Below are positions 38,066 to 50,800 of a stretch of 64,000 nucleotides of DNA, piece by piece (the stretch's first letter is position 1; every line of letters starts with the position of its first letter). The DNA comes from Leucoraja ocellata (taxonomy: Eukaryota). Under the pieces are notes generated by a model that was not told the DNA's origin, ran no database searches, and worked only from the letters and a program-made list of their open reading frames with translations. A program made the translations under genes and the position numbers. Location: positions 1,488,001-1,552,000 of the forward strand of contig JAWMAR010000247.1 of NCBI GenBank assembly GCA_036785375.1. Direction: 5' to 3'.

Positions 38066-38299
38066 TATCTGATCTTATTGGATACCAGGCGATACAAAGC
38101 TTTTCGCTGTACTTCGGGAACATGTCACAATAATAAATCTAAACCTAATGCAGGGTTTCGATCAAAGACATCGACCATCTCTTTGCTCCACCAATGTTAC
38201 TTGACTGGTAAAGTTTTTCCAGCAGTTTGTTTTTTGCTCCAGATTCCACAGCCTATTGTGTCTACAGATATGCAACAGATTTGATTCAAATTAACTTAC

Positions 38300-38725
38300 C
38301 TTTTCACTGGTACGGTATGGACAACTGCTTCTAAAACTTTGCCGACTGTTCTGCTTATTCACTGACACATTCAGCACCTGTTCAAATAACTCCTCCATTG
38401 CTGAAGTGTCTAACTGAAAGTCATCGTCATACTTATCCGCTGTCCAGATGTTATCTTTTCCCAAAATCTTTTCCTTTGGAATGGTGATCCAGTTAACTTT
38501 TCTCAATTTGGACTTCTGAAGAAGACATGGAGATGTTGATTCGGAGAATGGTGGTGGCGGCGGCAGGGGAGGCGGTGGTGGTGGTGGGGGTGGTGGTGAT
38601 GCTGGTGGTGCCATCAGAAAGCTTCTGTTTGGTAATGGCACAGAATTGGTGTCAAGGGCTGGAGTAAATGGTGAGGAGCAAAGTTTGAGAGCTTCAGCAC
38701 ATTTAGTAGCTACTGTCATATTCAT
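38300..38725 (-). CDS. FHDC1: FHDC1/INF1-like formin, coding exon 1 (start codon, FH1 poly-proline, FH2 lasso)
   Basis: MNMTVATK...PPPPPPPPPLPPPPP...KSKLRKVNWITIPKEKILGKDNIW...MEELF...SEK. In-frame TAG 9 nt upstream of the ATG. Donor AAG|GTAAGT at 38300/38299, phase 0. Orthologue versus paralogue unresolved. Confidence 0.92.
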
Positions 38726-39389
38726 GGGAATCTAATTGCGGCCTCTTGATGAGGCGCATCGATTAAAGTGACAGTATCGATAATCCGGGTAAGCATTACT
38801 CAATGACTTAACATGTACAAATCCATCCAGGATCTCTGTTATCCAGCTGCTCCCTGCAGTCCTTCACTTACTGTGATTCCTTCCTTCAATAAAAGAAAAA
38901 AAACTTCATTTGCCAAGTGTTCAGCTACCAATTATGTATTTCTATTGTTTAAAGGCATAAAATCGTAATTTCCAGTTACAAAGTCTGAGAGTCATTTTCC
39001 TGCCTGCCTTATCAGGACTGTTGCTGACATTAAAGAGACTGCTGCAATGTAATTAGTCACATATAATAGGGAATGTTGGACCAATGATCCATATTACCAG
39101 AAGCAATGTTTGTTTCCCATAACTGCTTCTCATTCAATTATTGTAACAAGATGTTCACGTAACGCATTAACAGCAGCCCTAAGGATACATAAGGTGCCCC
39201 ACAATTAAATCCAATTATCACTTGTATATATATTTTTAGTCTGCGTGGAATAATTTATCAATGCAAAAACTATTCATTGTGAATTGTAATTTCCGTTGAA
39301 TGTTAATACACTAGGGTTTTGCCTTGTCAACGTGCAGCTGATTCAGATCAAGCAAGGAATGCAGAGGATGGACACATAGCAATGCTACC

Positions 39390-39620
39390 AAGAGGATCCC
39401 CACCCTTTGGGAATGACTGCCTGAATGAACAACAGATGTCCAGGAATGAAATATGAAAATTGTTGACCTAATTCAACAGTAACAAAATGACTGATTTTGC
39501 ATAGCAACTGTTCATTTATTGAATGAAAGCATTTCCTGTTCATAGAATCTAATGGATCGCCACATGGGGCCTTGAGTGGCACATGCATTCTGTTGATTTC
39601 TTCTTGCACTTGTGTGCATA
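39390..39620 (-). pseudogene. Degenerate PIF/Harbinger DDE transposase relic
   Basis: INRMHVPLKAP...MNRKCFHSINEQLLC resembles the Harbinger motif IDCTHV.I.AP...NRKGFHSINVQ.VC. Confidence 0.7.
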
Positions 39621-41999
39621 CTAATAGTCTGTAGAACTGAAGAGGTCTTTCATGTTGTTTATATGATTTAATTTGGGGAGAAATTGAATTGTGTGGCTCT
39701 GCTGAATAGAATATTAATAACTACCCAGCTCCAAAGGTTGCCTGATTAATTCACTGGAGATCATCTCATGCTACCTCAAAGGACTATGTCACAAAAAATG
39801 GTGAGGCAAAGGAAGTTGGTTGTATATCTGCAGCTAACAGTTGACATAACATCCTAATGCATGGGATAGAGGGGCATTGTTGATGGTAGTGAATGCAAAT
39901 TTTGTTGTTGAAAGGTCCAATGTTGTTCCAAGTCTTTGGACCATGAAGAGTGAATACTGATGCAGAATGATACATATTCTACTTGTGGAGATATTTATGA
40001 AGCCCTTCTTTGTTATCAGCCATTTCCATTGTACAATAGAGGGATTCTCAAGGGGGGGTGTCCTCAGCAAAAGTCCTAACTGAACAGTCAAACTTAAAAT
40101 ATTGATATGCAGGTAAAATAGACATAATCATTAGGAGCATCACACAAAGGCCTTCTCGGTATTCAACCCGAGGTAGTACCTTCCTCCAACTCCTACCACC
40201 ACTGACAGGAATTATTTGGGATTGTCCGATGTTGGGGGGAAATGGAACACAAAGATGACCTTTGGTAATTTGGTATCATCTGCACCCAATGATTCAGTTA
40301 CTGAGTACCTACATTTTTTTTTTTAATAACCTGGATGGTTTCATGGCATATTGGAAAATCGTCTCCAAAAAATCAAACTGCTGGACCATCGTCTTTGAGA
40401 ATTTACTTTACTCATTTACATTCTCCTAGGTACAAATATAATTCAGCCCAATATGTTCCTAATGGACATCATATTAACCAGAAGAAGATAGAACGCTACT
40501 CAAATCAAAAAGCAAATTTCCAAAAACAGAAGTGATACTGTATAAAACTAAAACATATTAATAAAATAGGTTATTAGTCTTTTAAAGTGCATAGAATACC
40601 CTGTGCTAAGATAGTGCACATTTACATCTCAAAAGGACATAGGTTTATTCAACATTTTCATAGAATTATTGAAACTTACAACAACAAAAGGAAACCATTC
40701 AACCCATCAGAGCTCTTTGAAGTATAATTGTGCTTATCCTTCATTGCTGCACCCGATTCCACCACTGCTTTAAAAATAACTTACTAAATTTTAAATGTAA
40801 AATATTTGAACGTTTAACAATGACCTCTGTTTATTCACCAAAGGTTTTTTTTTTGTTCTCCATCTCCTCTCTTAAGACCTCTCTTTTCCAAGGTCGACAC
40901 TTCTAATTATTTATCAATCTCTCTTCACGACTGAAGTTTTTGATCCTTGGCAATATTCTCAATTCAGTTCTTAATATTCTTTTTAAGATTTATACATCTT
41001 TTTTTGAAGTTTGGTATCAAGAATTGTTCACCAGCTAAAACCTTACAAGTGATACAAGTTCAATGAGTGTGGATATCTCAAGAATAACTACAGTTGCCTA
41101 AAGAAAAGAGGGGTTTCTCTGCTGTGGACATTATGAAGTGATATTATTTGGACATTATTGTACTGTTTGTTGCAACACATAATTATTTATGCTCGTTTTA
41201 AATCGCTGCTGATGCATATACCGTGCATTGCTTTGTTAAATTGCAATAACAGGAAAAATGGTATCATAAGAGCTACCAATCAATATTAAATTAATGCATC
41301 TCAATCCGAGCTGTTGATAAAATTCATCAGACAGCAGAAAATGTATTCCAAGCAAACAAAGTTCCTGTGTTTTTTCCCCACGGCTTCTATTTGTGTTTCC
41401 AACACAAAATAGCTCGGTCAAGAGAGGAAAATGGGCTGGGCAATTCTGTTGCCAATAACAATAAAAGCCAAATGATCTCAATTAGATTTGAACTGTCCAC
41501 TATTTTAAAGCTTTAGCAAAATATTTAGAAAGAGTTCAGACTATTTCCCTTCCTGTCAGATAATTGCCTCTTCTGAGCTGCCAATGGAATTCGAGGCTCA
41601 AGAGAAGTTATACGTGGGTGAGATGATAACATTAAGCACTACATTTAAAACTGCCAGAAAATCTACTAACCCAGCACTGTCTGTGAATCATATCTCAGAT
41701 CTTCTAATCCACAGTGGGTTGATGCTGGCGAGAAGCAACATTTAGTTCTGACTCCAACACCATAAGAAATCTGCCGTGTTGCCATGCATTCTATGAAACA
41801 CATTTAGAAGTCTAAGAGAACTACTGAAAAGCGAACACTACAAAATGAGTTTGATTTCAACATTGAAGGTTGGCTTTAAGTAATGTTATTTCTGGGTGGG
41901 CGCACAATCATCTTGTCACCCTGAGACAGAATTCCAAACCAAGCCGATCATCTGGGACTGAATAAAGTGCCAGAACAATATGCAGAATGCATAGGTTCT

Positions 42000-42700
42000 G
42001 AACGATCCTTCCCAAACCTCCCGGATAGGCGGCTCCTTCTTCCCGTTAGAAGTGCAGCCTTTGAAGCTTCGACTGAACCTTGAGGTGTGCCCCAGCGGCA
42101 GTGCGGAATAACCCTGCTGGGGGCGAACTCACTTTTCCTGAATCTATCCCCACCATAACACGGACTCTCTTCACCCCGACTTTACTAACTTTTTTTCTGC
42201 ACTGTGGAATCGGACTCTTACCGACTCCCTCCGTCCCGATCTCAGGTGCTCTGCTCGCCCGCCGTGGTGCCTTCAAAACCGGCCACTCCTCCTCTTCAAT
42301 TAGTGTCTCTGTTTTTCTCCCCGGCGTTTAAAAATCTTGAAGCTGCTCTCCTTGCGTCCTGTCCCCAGTGCGTAGCCGCCCTAGAGCATGGAGTAACTGG
42401 GAACTTGTGTCAGTGGGAGTGTCCATTTACAGGTGGTTCTGTGACGGGATCCACGGGGATCCGGAGCTGAAGAAGGTGGGACTATAGATCAAATTCAGGG
42501 ACATTTTTAATCGGGATGACATCAGTGGGAGTGAGATACCGTACGATATCGGGGGCCGTCTTCCGGCCAGTGAGACAACGAACAGGACAAATCTCACACA
42601 TTTCATAGAGACCAAAGTGAAAGGCTTGAGAACTAAATCTGCGTGACACGGTTGGACTAACACATAGATATACGTTTTTAATGTGTATCGGACACAGTGA
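42000..42700 (-). promoter_or_regulatory. Candidate CpG-rich promoter / non-coding first exon of the formin gene
   Basis: Locally CpG-rich, apparently non-repetitive stretch 3.3-4 kb upstream of the ATG; minus-strand donor CG|GTAAGA at 42222/42221 and a second AAA|GTGAGT near 42133. Confidence 0.45.
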
Positions 42701-44244
42701 GTGATGCAGAAACCTATGTGTTACATCCATTGCACCTCGTCTTGAAAGTAATACGGCTAGGAAGAAGGAACCAACTTGCAGCAAAAATATGAACATAGTA
42801 TTGGAGATTCTGAAATTCAGGTTGGCCCGATTTCAAATGGAGCCTTGCCAAATTAGTGTGGCTCTTAGTTTAAATTCTGTTTCGCGTTTCATATCAGGGG
42901 TGGATATGAGAAATAATAATATTTACACGTGATTGCTGATGTGGCAATGCCGGAATAAATGTTTGTCGAGCAGTTATTGTTTTTTGTTTAGACTTTGTGC
43001 ACCATCAGACGTTGCCCGTTGCGTTTCGAAAAGCACAGGGTTATTGCCCTTAAACATTGGTTGCTTCAATTTCTCTCAGCTCCAGGATGCCGCAGGTGTT
43101 TCTCGGGCAATGCTTGTTTCCACGCTGACTGACTATGACTCTATGACCATGTTTACCTACATTATGTGCCTTGATGAAGCAATGTTCTGCAAATCCTCGC
43201 CCAACCGCACAAAGGGAGTGCCTCCACGGGAAGAACAACAGTAATTCAAGATGTTAAATCATCATCATCTTCTTCTTAAGGAGCAGTTGAAGATGGTAAA
43301 TACATTCTGGCTGTGTCAGTAGCATCCACATCTCATGCGTACTTTGAAGAACATCATTTTACAGATTCTGTCATCTGCAGTCTATTTGGGCTTCACACTT
43401 TCCTTGTTGGTCAACATCAAGGGCAATCAACTTGGGGGCGTTTGTCCTTGTGTCCTGCGAGTTTCCAACGAAGGACTTTCCTTAAGAGGCAATAAGTGGA
43501 AGTAACATTAATCCCATTCAAATGCAAGTAATGATAATCGCAGGCACTTACATGATGTCCACAGGCTTTATTTACCACCATGGTGTCCTCCACTGTCAAC
43601 ATCCCATGAGTCACGAATTAGTAATTTAACTGGAATAGTCAGGTAAATATTGTTGCTGCAACAGCGGTGTGATGTCCTGCAGAAAGTGAGTTAGGTTTTG
43701 GACAATACGTTTTGGGGAAGAGGTGGAAATATGAAGCTGATGTTGAGATTGCATCAGCTATGACCTTATTGAATATTGATCAAGCTCTTATTTCTCAAGA
43801 AGTGCTTGGCTCCTTAAACCCTTACCAATGGCCAAAAGTCAACAGTGCGATAGATTACATCTTGCTTGCGTGATGAATGCAGCACATCATCAAGAAGTTA
43901 GGCAGTTCCACGACAAAACAGCTCATTTGGTCAATTATCTTTGCACAAGATTAGTATTCACTCCCTCCACCCTACCCTGCCCTTTGGCTGCATTTTGTGT
44001 ATTCTACAAAAATGCACTCTAGTTGTTTGCTGAGACTTAATTACCAAACCTATGACCTCTATAGAAATGACCTCAAAGAAAACAATGGCATCATTCATAT
44101 GGAAGCAACATTGGCTGTATATTTTCCTGGATTCCCCTGAGCATGTTGACCTGGAAATATATCGCTGCTCCTTCATCGTAGTTTGTGTGTGTCTTCATAA
44201 GGAGAATAGCAGTGTTCCATTATGGCAAATCAACATCTTCTTGA

Positions 44245-44450
44245 GATAGACACAAAAAGCTGGAGTAACTCAGCGGGACAGGCAGCATTTCTGGAGAGAA
44301 GGAATAGGTAGCGTTTCGGGTCGAGATCCTTCTTCAGTCTGAAGACTTCTTCAGTCTGAAGAAGGGTCTTGACCCGAAATGTCACCAATTCCTTACTCCA
44401 GCTTTTTATGTCTATCTTCAGTTTAAACCAGCATCTGCAGTTCCTTCCTA
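44245..44450. repeat. Head-to-head inverted pair of Penelope pLTR fragments
   Basis: Centre cttcttcagtctgaagacttcttcagtctgaagaag; motifs at 44310-44337 (-) and 44356-44383 (+). Confidence 0.85.
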
Positions 44451-47400
44451 AACATCTTCTTAAGTAAGGATGCTTGGAGATAGACAATATATAATAGACA
44501 ATAGGTGCAGGAGTAGGCCATTCGGTCCTTCAATATGATCATGGCTGATCATCCCCAATCAGTACCCCGTTCCTGCCTTCTCCCCATCTAGCTCTCTCTT
44601 GAAAGTATCCAGAACTGGCCTCCACTGGTCTCTGAGGCAGAGAATTCCACAGACTCACAACTCTCTGTGAGAAAGTTGGAACATTGATTTTGGCAGTTCT
44701 AGTAACATCCACATCACATAAATAAATTAAAAGAATTCAAAACCACCCCATGTCAGAGAATATCACCTCATGTGAACATAAGAAAACAGGGGGAGGAGCA
44801 CAGCATTCAGCCCCTCAAGCCTGCCCTGCTATTCAATTTGACTGTAGCTGATCTATCAGCCCTCATCTCCTCTTTTATGCTAGCCTTATAGTCCTGATCT
44901 TTCACAAACATAACGATTTCCTTTTAAATGACCCCAATGGTTTCGACTCCACAAGCTCTGCGGTAGAGAAGTCCAGAGACTTGTCACCTTTTTTATGCAC
45001 TAGAGGGTTAAATGACCCTCACCTCCCCAACCCCCAATTATCTGGTAACCATGTCCCCTTGTTTGAGATTTTCCCCTTGATAGAAATATATCAACATCTA
45101 TCCTGCCATGCCCCCTAAGGATTTTGTGTTTCATTAAGATTACACTTACTCTTCTGAATGCCAAAGAAAAACATTCAAATTTCTTTAGCCACTCAAGTTA
45201 GAACAAGCATCTCATCTTATTAATCTGCGATAGACAAAAATGCTGGAGAAAATCAATGGGTGAGGCAGCATCTATGGAGCGAAGGAATAGGCGACGTTTC
45301 GGGTTGAGACCCTTCTTCAGACCCTTCTTATTATTAATCTGCTGAATCTTTCGGTTTGCTTCTGATACCTATATATCCTTTCTTAAATCATGTGATCAAA
45401 GCCATGAAGTGATTTTGATTCATTTATTGTCATATACACCAGGTTGCAATGAAATTACTTGTTCACATGAAGCACAACGTTATATATAATATATGTTATA
45501 TAATAGCATATAATAGTATAGAATATTACATATATAATGTTACATATTATATAAACACACACGCATATATGTATATTTTTTTATACACTCCATTTATTTG
45601 TTGTTATTTTTATTATATACATTATATGTATAGTTTGCCATTTGCCTTCCTAATCAATTGGTGAACCTGTCTGCTAACCATTTATAATTTGTGCACAAGA
45701 ACAGCTATATCCCTCTGTACTTAGCTGACCTGATTTTTCTCCATTTAGATAACTGTCTGTCTCCAAATTATTTTAGCTAAAGTGCATGACCTCACAATTG
45801 CTCACATTAAATTTCATTCGCTAAGTTTTCACCCATTCACTCAACCCACTTCTTGTTGAAGGGTCCAAATATGTCCATCACGATATACCTTCCCATCGAT
45901 TTTCATGTCACTGGCAAATTGTTGTATTTGTGCGGTTCTTCTCGTATAGTGCAAAGGTAAGTTTATGGGGATAATAAAAGTGAGTTTATGGGGGATGATA
46001 AATACTTTCTCCACAGATAGATAAGAATACAATATATTTCTATTAGAGTAGTGAGTTACTTTGAATTTTAAGTAATACTTAAAAAAAAAGAAAAATACTT
46101 AAAATTCTAATTCCATTTATTTCATGACAAATACTTAAAGTGCCCAGATTTAAAAATTCTTAAATGCATAAGATTTTTTACAACAAAATAGTGTAATAAT
46201 GTGGGAAAGCAAAACAGGAGAACTATTAGATCCATGTGAAAGGCAAACATGACAGCCCGAGTAATCTCTTCCTGCACAAAAACTTTTACTTTTTATGATC
46301 AAATGAACAAACACAGCACCAGATAATTGATGATCTCATCGGCATCCTAACATGAGACACCACTGATAACTTAAAGATGTTTCTTGCAAATGTTTCACTT
46401 ACAGTCCAATGTTTGACTCTTTCTGTTGATAATCCTGTGATATCATCAGAGCTGCTGGATTTTCAACCGTGTTTTAATTCCTGATTGGTTTGCAGAATGA
46501 TAAGATCAGAACGTTTCATGCTGCTGTTGGTGAGAATGAATCAATATCCTGTCCATGCAAGGCTATATAAACAGCCTTGATCCTTGTGAAATTTTCTCAA
46601 GAAAAAAACAATCCTTTTCAGCTTTGTTTGACTGCCTGCCAATGCTGTGACACACATCTTGCTCATCTAAGCCTCTGATTCACAGTGAAACAAAAACCTC
46701 TTTATTTTCACATTGCATCTATTCCTTTCACAAGTAGACTCAGGATACCCTGTAAAAACTATCCCCATATATCAGACTGCTGCTTTTATCCCGTCAATTA
46801 GAAACAGATATTGTAAATAGCTTCAATAATCTACAGATTGTACTTCTTTGTTCTTCTTTCCATGTGTCTGGTTTTCTGTTTTTTTGCTGTCTCTCGTGTC
46901 TGTTTTTCTTTATCTTTGCCTGTTTGTTTTTCTCTCTTTGTTTCTCTCTCCATCTCTGCTACTGTCTGGATGACAATATCTATTTCTCATCTGTCTCAAT
47001 TTCTGGGGCTGGAAATTCCTCTGTGTACTGAAGTTGAAGAATATGAAATTTTGTACAGATATTTAATAACTTGAAATGCTTGCTTCAGCAAGACATACTG
47101 TACCACACGTGACTATGGTGCAAAATTACTAACAGTTATTGTGCAAACTTAATTAATGTGGCGGTGCCCTATCAGTAATTAGAATGACCACTGCAGGCAC
47201 ACAAGGTGCAGTTTTATTATCTGGATCTCGGTTGTTCAGCATCAGGTCCTTGCCTTTTCACCAGCTCCGTGATTTCTTCAAGCACAAAATTATTGACTCA
47301 CTATGCCAGCAGACTGAAGGTTCTTTGTTCTTGATCAGTCACATATTAAACTGCCCCCAGGAATTATTTGTTAATAATAACTGCCTAAATCCCTTATCAC

Positions 47401-47524
47401 TGAGTATATTCTCCTTCTTTCATGATAATTTATAATGACGTTACATTTAATTGTTAATTCTGAATATAGTCCTCAATGTTCCACAGCATTTTCAATATTG
47501 ATAAAACTAGCTTGTTTTGAAGGG

Positions 47525-47866
47525 GAAGACAATGGGGATCCGGCGTGGAGGGACCGCTGTGAATAACGATGGGGACCCCGCGTGGTGGGACCGCTGTGAG
47601 GTACAGTGGGAGAACAAAGGGGGACCTGGTGTGGGGGAGAGGGCACTCTAGTTTAGAATCCTCTGCCCAGGGGATAAGTCTGTGTTTGTTTGTTTGTTTG
47701 TTCATTTGTACCGGTGAAGGCGCTGTGCACACGGCAGCCAGACAACAGTCTTTTTCTTTTTGTTTTGACTTTTAATTTCAAGTTTTTGTGCACCTTGCAT
47801 GTTGTTACTGTCGGCCGACCAATTTCCCTCCGGTTATGAATAAAGTTTTATCATATCGTATCGTAT
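47525..47866 (+). mobile_element. SINE-like / LINE 3' UTR element with (TATCG)n tail
   Basis: Internal direct repeat atggggayc..gcgtgg.gggaccgctgtga; ends aataaagttttatcatatcgtatcgtatc. Confidence 0.6.
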
Positions 47867-50800
47867 CCCGTAGAAGCAATAATCCTGAAAATCTATCTAC
47901 TTGATCAATCCATATGGAAAACATTTTGTGTGATGGTGCAATTCTCTCTGAAAAATCTATTTCCCCCTTTTTAAAAATCCATACCAATATATTAACTAAT
48001 ACCGTAGAGTGTACACAGTGTTTAAGAGGGAACTGCAGATGCTGGAGAAGAGATAACGCAGTAAGAAGTCTGAAGAAGGGTTTCGGCCCGAAACGTTGCC
48101 TATTTCCTTCGCTCCATAGATGCTGCTGCACCCGCTGAGTTTCTCCAGCTTTTCTGTGTAACCTATTAACTAATACCTCTTTGAGCCAATTCAAGTGCAC
48201 TTTACTCATAGGTATCCTTTTATTTAGTTTGAGGTCATGACGCACATCAAATCCAACCTCTCAGACAGTCTTGATCCACTGCAATTTGTTTACCTCAGCA
48301 ACAGGTCCGCAGCAGATACCATCTCCATGGCCCTACACCTCCATAAACTCACTGATGGTTATCTTTGCATTATACAGGGGGAACAACACAGAGACAGCAG
48401 GTGATCACTGGTCAGCAGCATCTCAGTGGGCTGAAGAGTCTGTTTCCACCTGTACCTCTAAACAGACTTTTTTTTTTACTCATTTGTGAAATATGGCCAT
48501 TAATTAAAAAGTCATATTGGGTGTCCACCTATAAAATAATTTGAAAAGAATGTGCTAAGCTGTGTTGTAATCATTATGATGTAAAGTCTCCAGGGATTCT
48601 GACACTGTGACAATGAATGATTGGTTGTGTACAAGTCAGGATGGTGGATGATTTGGACGGAACAACGGGTGTCAACCTTCAGAGGTTTGGGGAGAAGCCA
48701 GGAGAATGGTGTTAGGAAGGAGAGTTAGATCAGCCATGATTGAATGGCAGAGTAGACTTGATGGGCCAAATGGCCTAACTCTACTCCTTTCACTGATGAT
48801 CTTATGAATAGCAGGATTTGGATGGTCATTATTTTGAGAGATGCTATTGAAAAAATGCTTTGGTGAACTGCTGCAATGTCTTTTCAGTTAATTGTTCACT
48901 ATTGACTGCAAGAGAACTGCAACTATAATTACAAGAGAATTAATGTTTAGGATGATGGATAGATTGTTAATCAAATGGCCACTAAATCCTGCTTGGCATT
49001 CCTAAACTTTTTGAGTGCGGTAAGAACTCTATTCATTCAGCGGAATGGAAATATTCCATCGTGCTCCTGAGTTGTGGCCTGTTGGTGGTAGAAGGGTTTT
49101 GGGAAGTTGGGAGGTGGTTAATTAGCATTGGATGCCTAGTATCTGATATTTTCTTGTAGCCACAATGGTTATTTAGTAGGTCCAATTAAGATTCCAGTCA
49201 ATGGTGAAGGGGGATTTGGTAATTGTAACGTCATTGAATATTAAAAGAAGGTAATTAGTCTCCTGCTGGAGATGGTCATTTCCTGGTACTTGTGTGATGG
49301 AAAACATAACTTGGCACTTATCAAGCCACATTGAATGTAGTCCAGGTCTTGCTGCATACAAGCACGAACTGCGTCATTATCTGAGGAGTTGTGAATGGAA
49401 TCAAACACTGTGAACATTTGTGAACATCCCCATTTCTGACCCATTGCCAGCAGGAATTTACAAAGAGAGTCAGAAATACTAGCTGCCAGAATTTAGTTAA
49501 AAGAGGATCTACCAGTAAGCATTCTGTTGGACTCAGAGAATTAAAGTGCTGGAAATCACTTCAAAGCCGTTTTATTTAAGTTAAAACAAATTGATCTACC
49601 AAAGGAGCAAATGATGGATGGTTACTATTTCTGTATTATTGGTTGAACTGATTGAACCAACTTGGGCTATCATAACATTTTATCTGAATATTTATTTACT
49701 ATGAATTAAAACAACCTAATGATTCATACCTGCCTCTGATTAACCTTGTTTTCTTAATCATGAATAGATTGGTAAATTATGTGTAGCAGGTGCTATAATA
49801 ACAAATATTTAACTCAAAACCCAGTTGTATACTGTTTGGGTTGTACCCTTGATTTACAATATTGTTTCAAGGATTGGACTAAAATAGACATACCTAATTT
49901 GCATAAGATATTGTAACTGCTTAGAGTTATTAATGAAATTGAGGGAAAAGGCAAGAGCAACATTTGTAACGGCCTCCTTTTTACTTTCAAAGGTAACCTT
50001 TATTTGTCCAGTGCACAGTATCTAAATGCGCCTGTCACCTGCGCCAGTGTTCGTCAATAATTCATTCCAATCATATAAGTCACTTAACTTAGCAACCTCG
50101 GGCAGGGGCAAATGATTACACTGATAACACCGTGAGAACTAAATTTATATCGTCTGAAACTTCAACATAAGAGTAAAGTTGTAAGGCCCAGTACATGCAG
50201 GCCATTCAATTATAACGGCACAACAGGAACATATTTTATTATCTATTACCTCAAATCCATTTTCCTCTACTTGCACCATCTTCACTAATTGATCAAATTT
50301 CCTCTTAAACTACAACTACTACAATTTCCTCTTAAACTACAGTCAGAGGTTGGTTCTGGTTGTCAATCATTGCAAATACAAACCAATTATTTTTAAATCA
50401 TGTTTTCATTCAGCTTTCATCTTCCATAAATATCTAATTTATTTTATTTCTGATTTAACATGTGAAGGTAAAGTTTATGTTTAACATTCAAAGTATGGAT
50501 GTTCCTCTTCATTAGTTTTAAACATAATAATCAGTATTCTAATAGTTTTTCTGGCAAACCTTGTTTGCAACACTGAAATGCTGATTTAAAATAAAATCTG
50601 ATTTCCCTTTGAATGCTTTTGCCAACATCTCCAGATTTGTGATGTTATGTAAATAGCGTTTGAATCCAAGATGAATAAACAGCTGATCTGTGCATGTACA
50701 TGATGGGAAACACTGTTCCCGTGTCATTCCTCACATCTTGCTCTCCATTTATGGACTGAGCACACAGTGTTCAGATTAAGTGGCAATTTTGTTCAACTTT

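Larger units (their letters stand above)
36280..38130 (+). mobile_element. Old Rex1/Babar-type LINE 3' end, interrupted by a Helitron and an HDV-headed insert
   Basis: aacataatcaaagac...gggcagaaggtacagaagcttg...gacagcttcttcccc (36505-36625); 3' UTR resumes ~38066 and ends cacaataataaatctaaacctaa. Confidence 0.7.
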
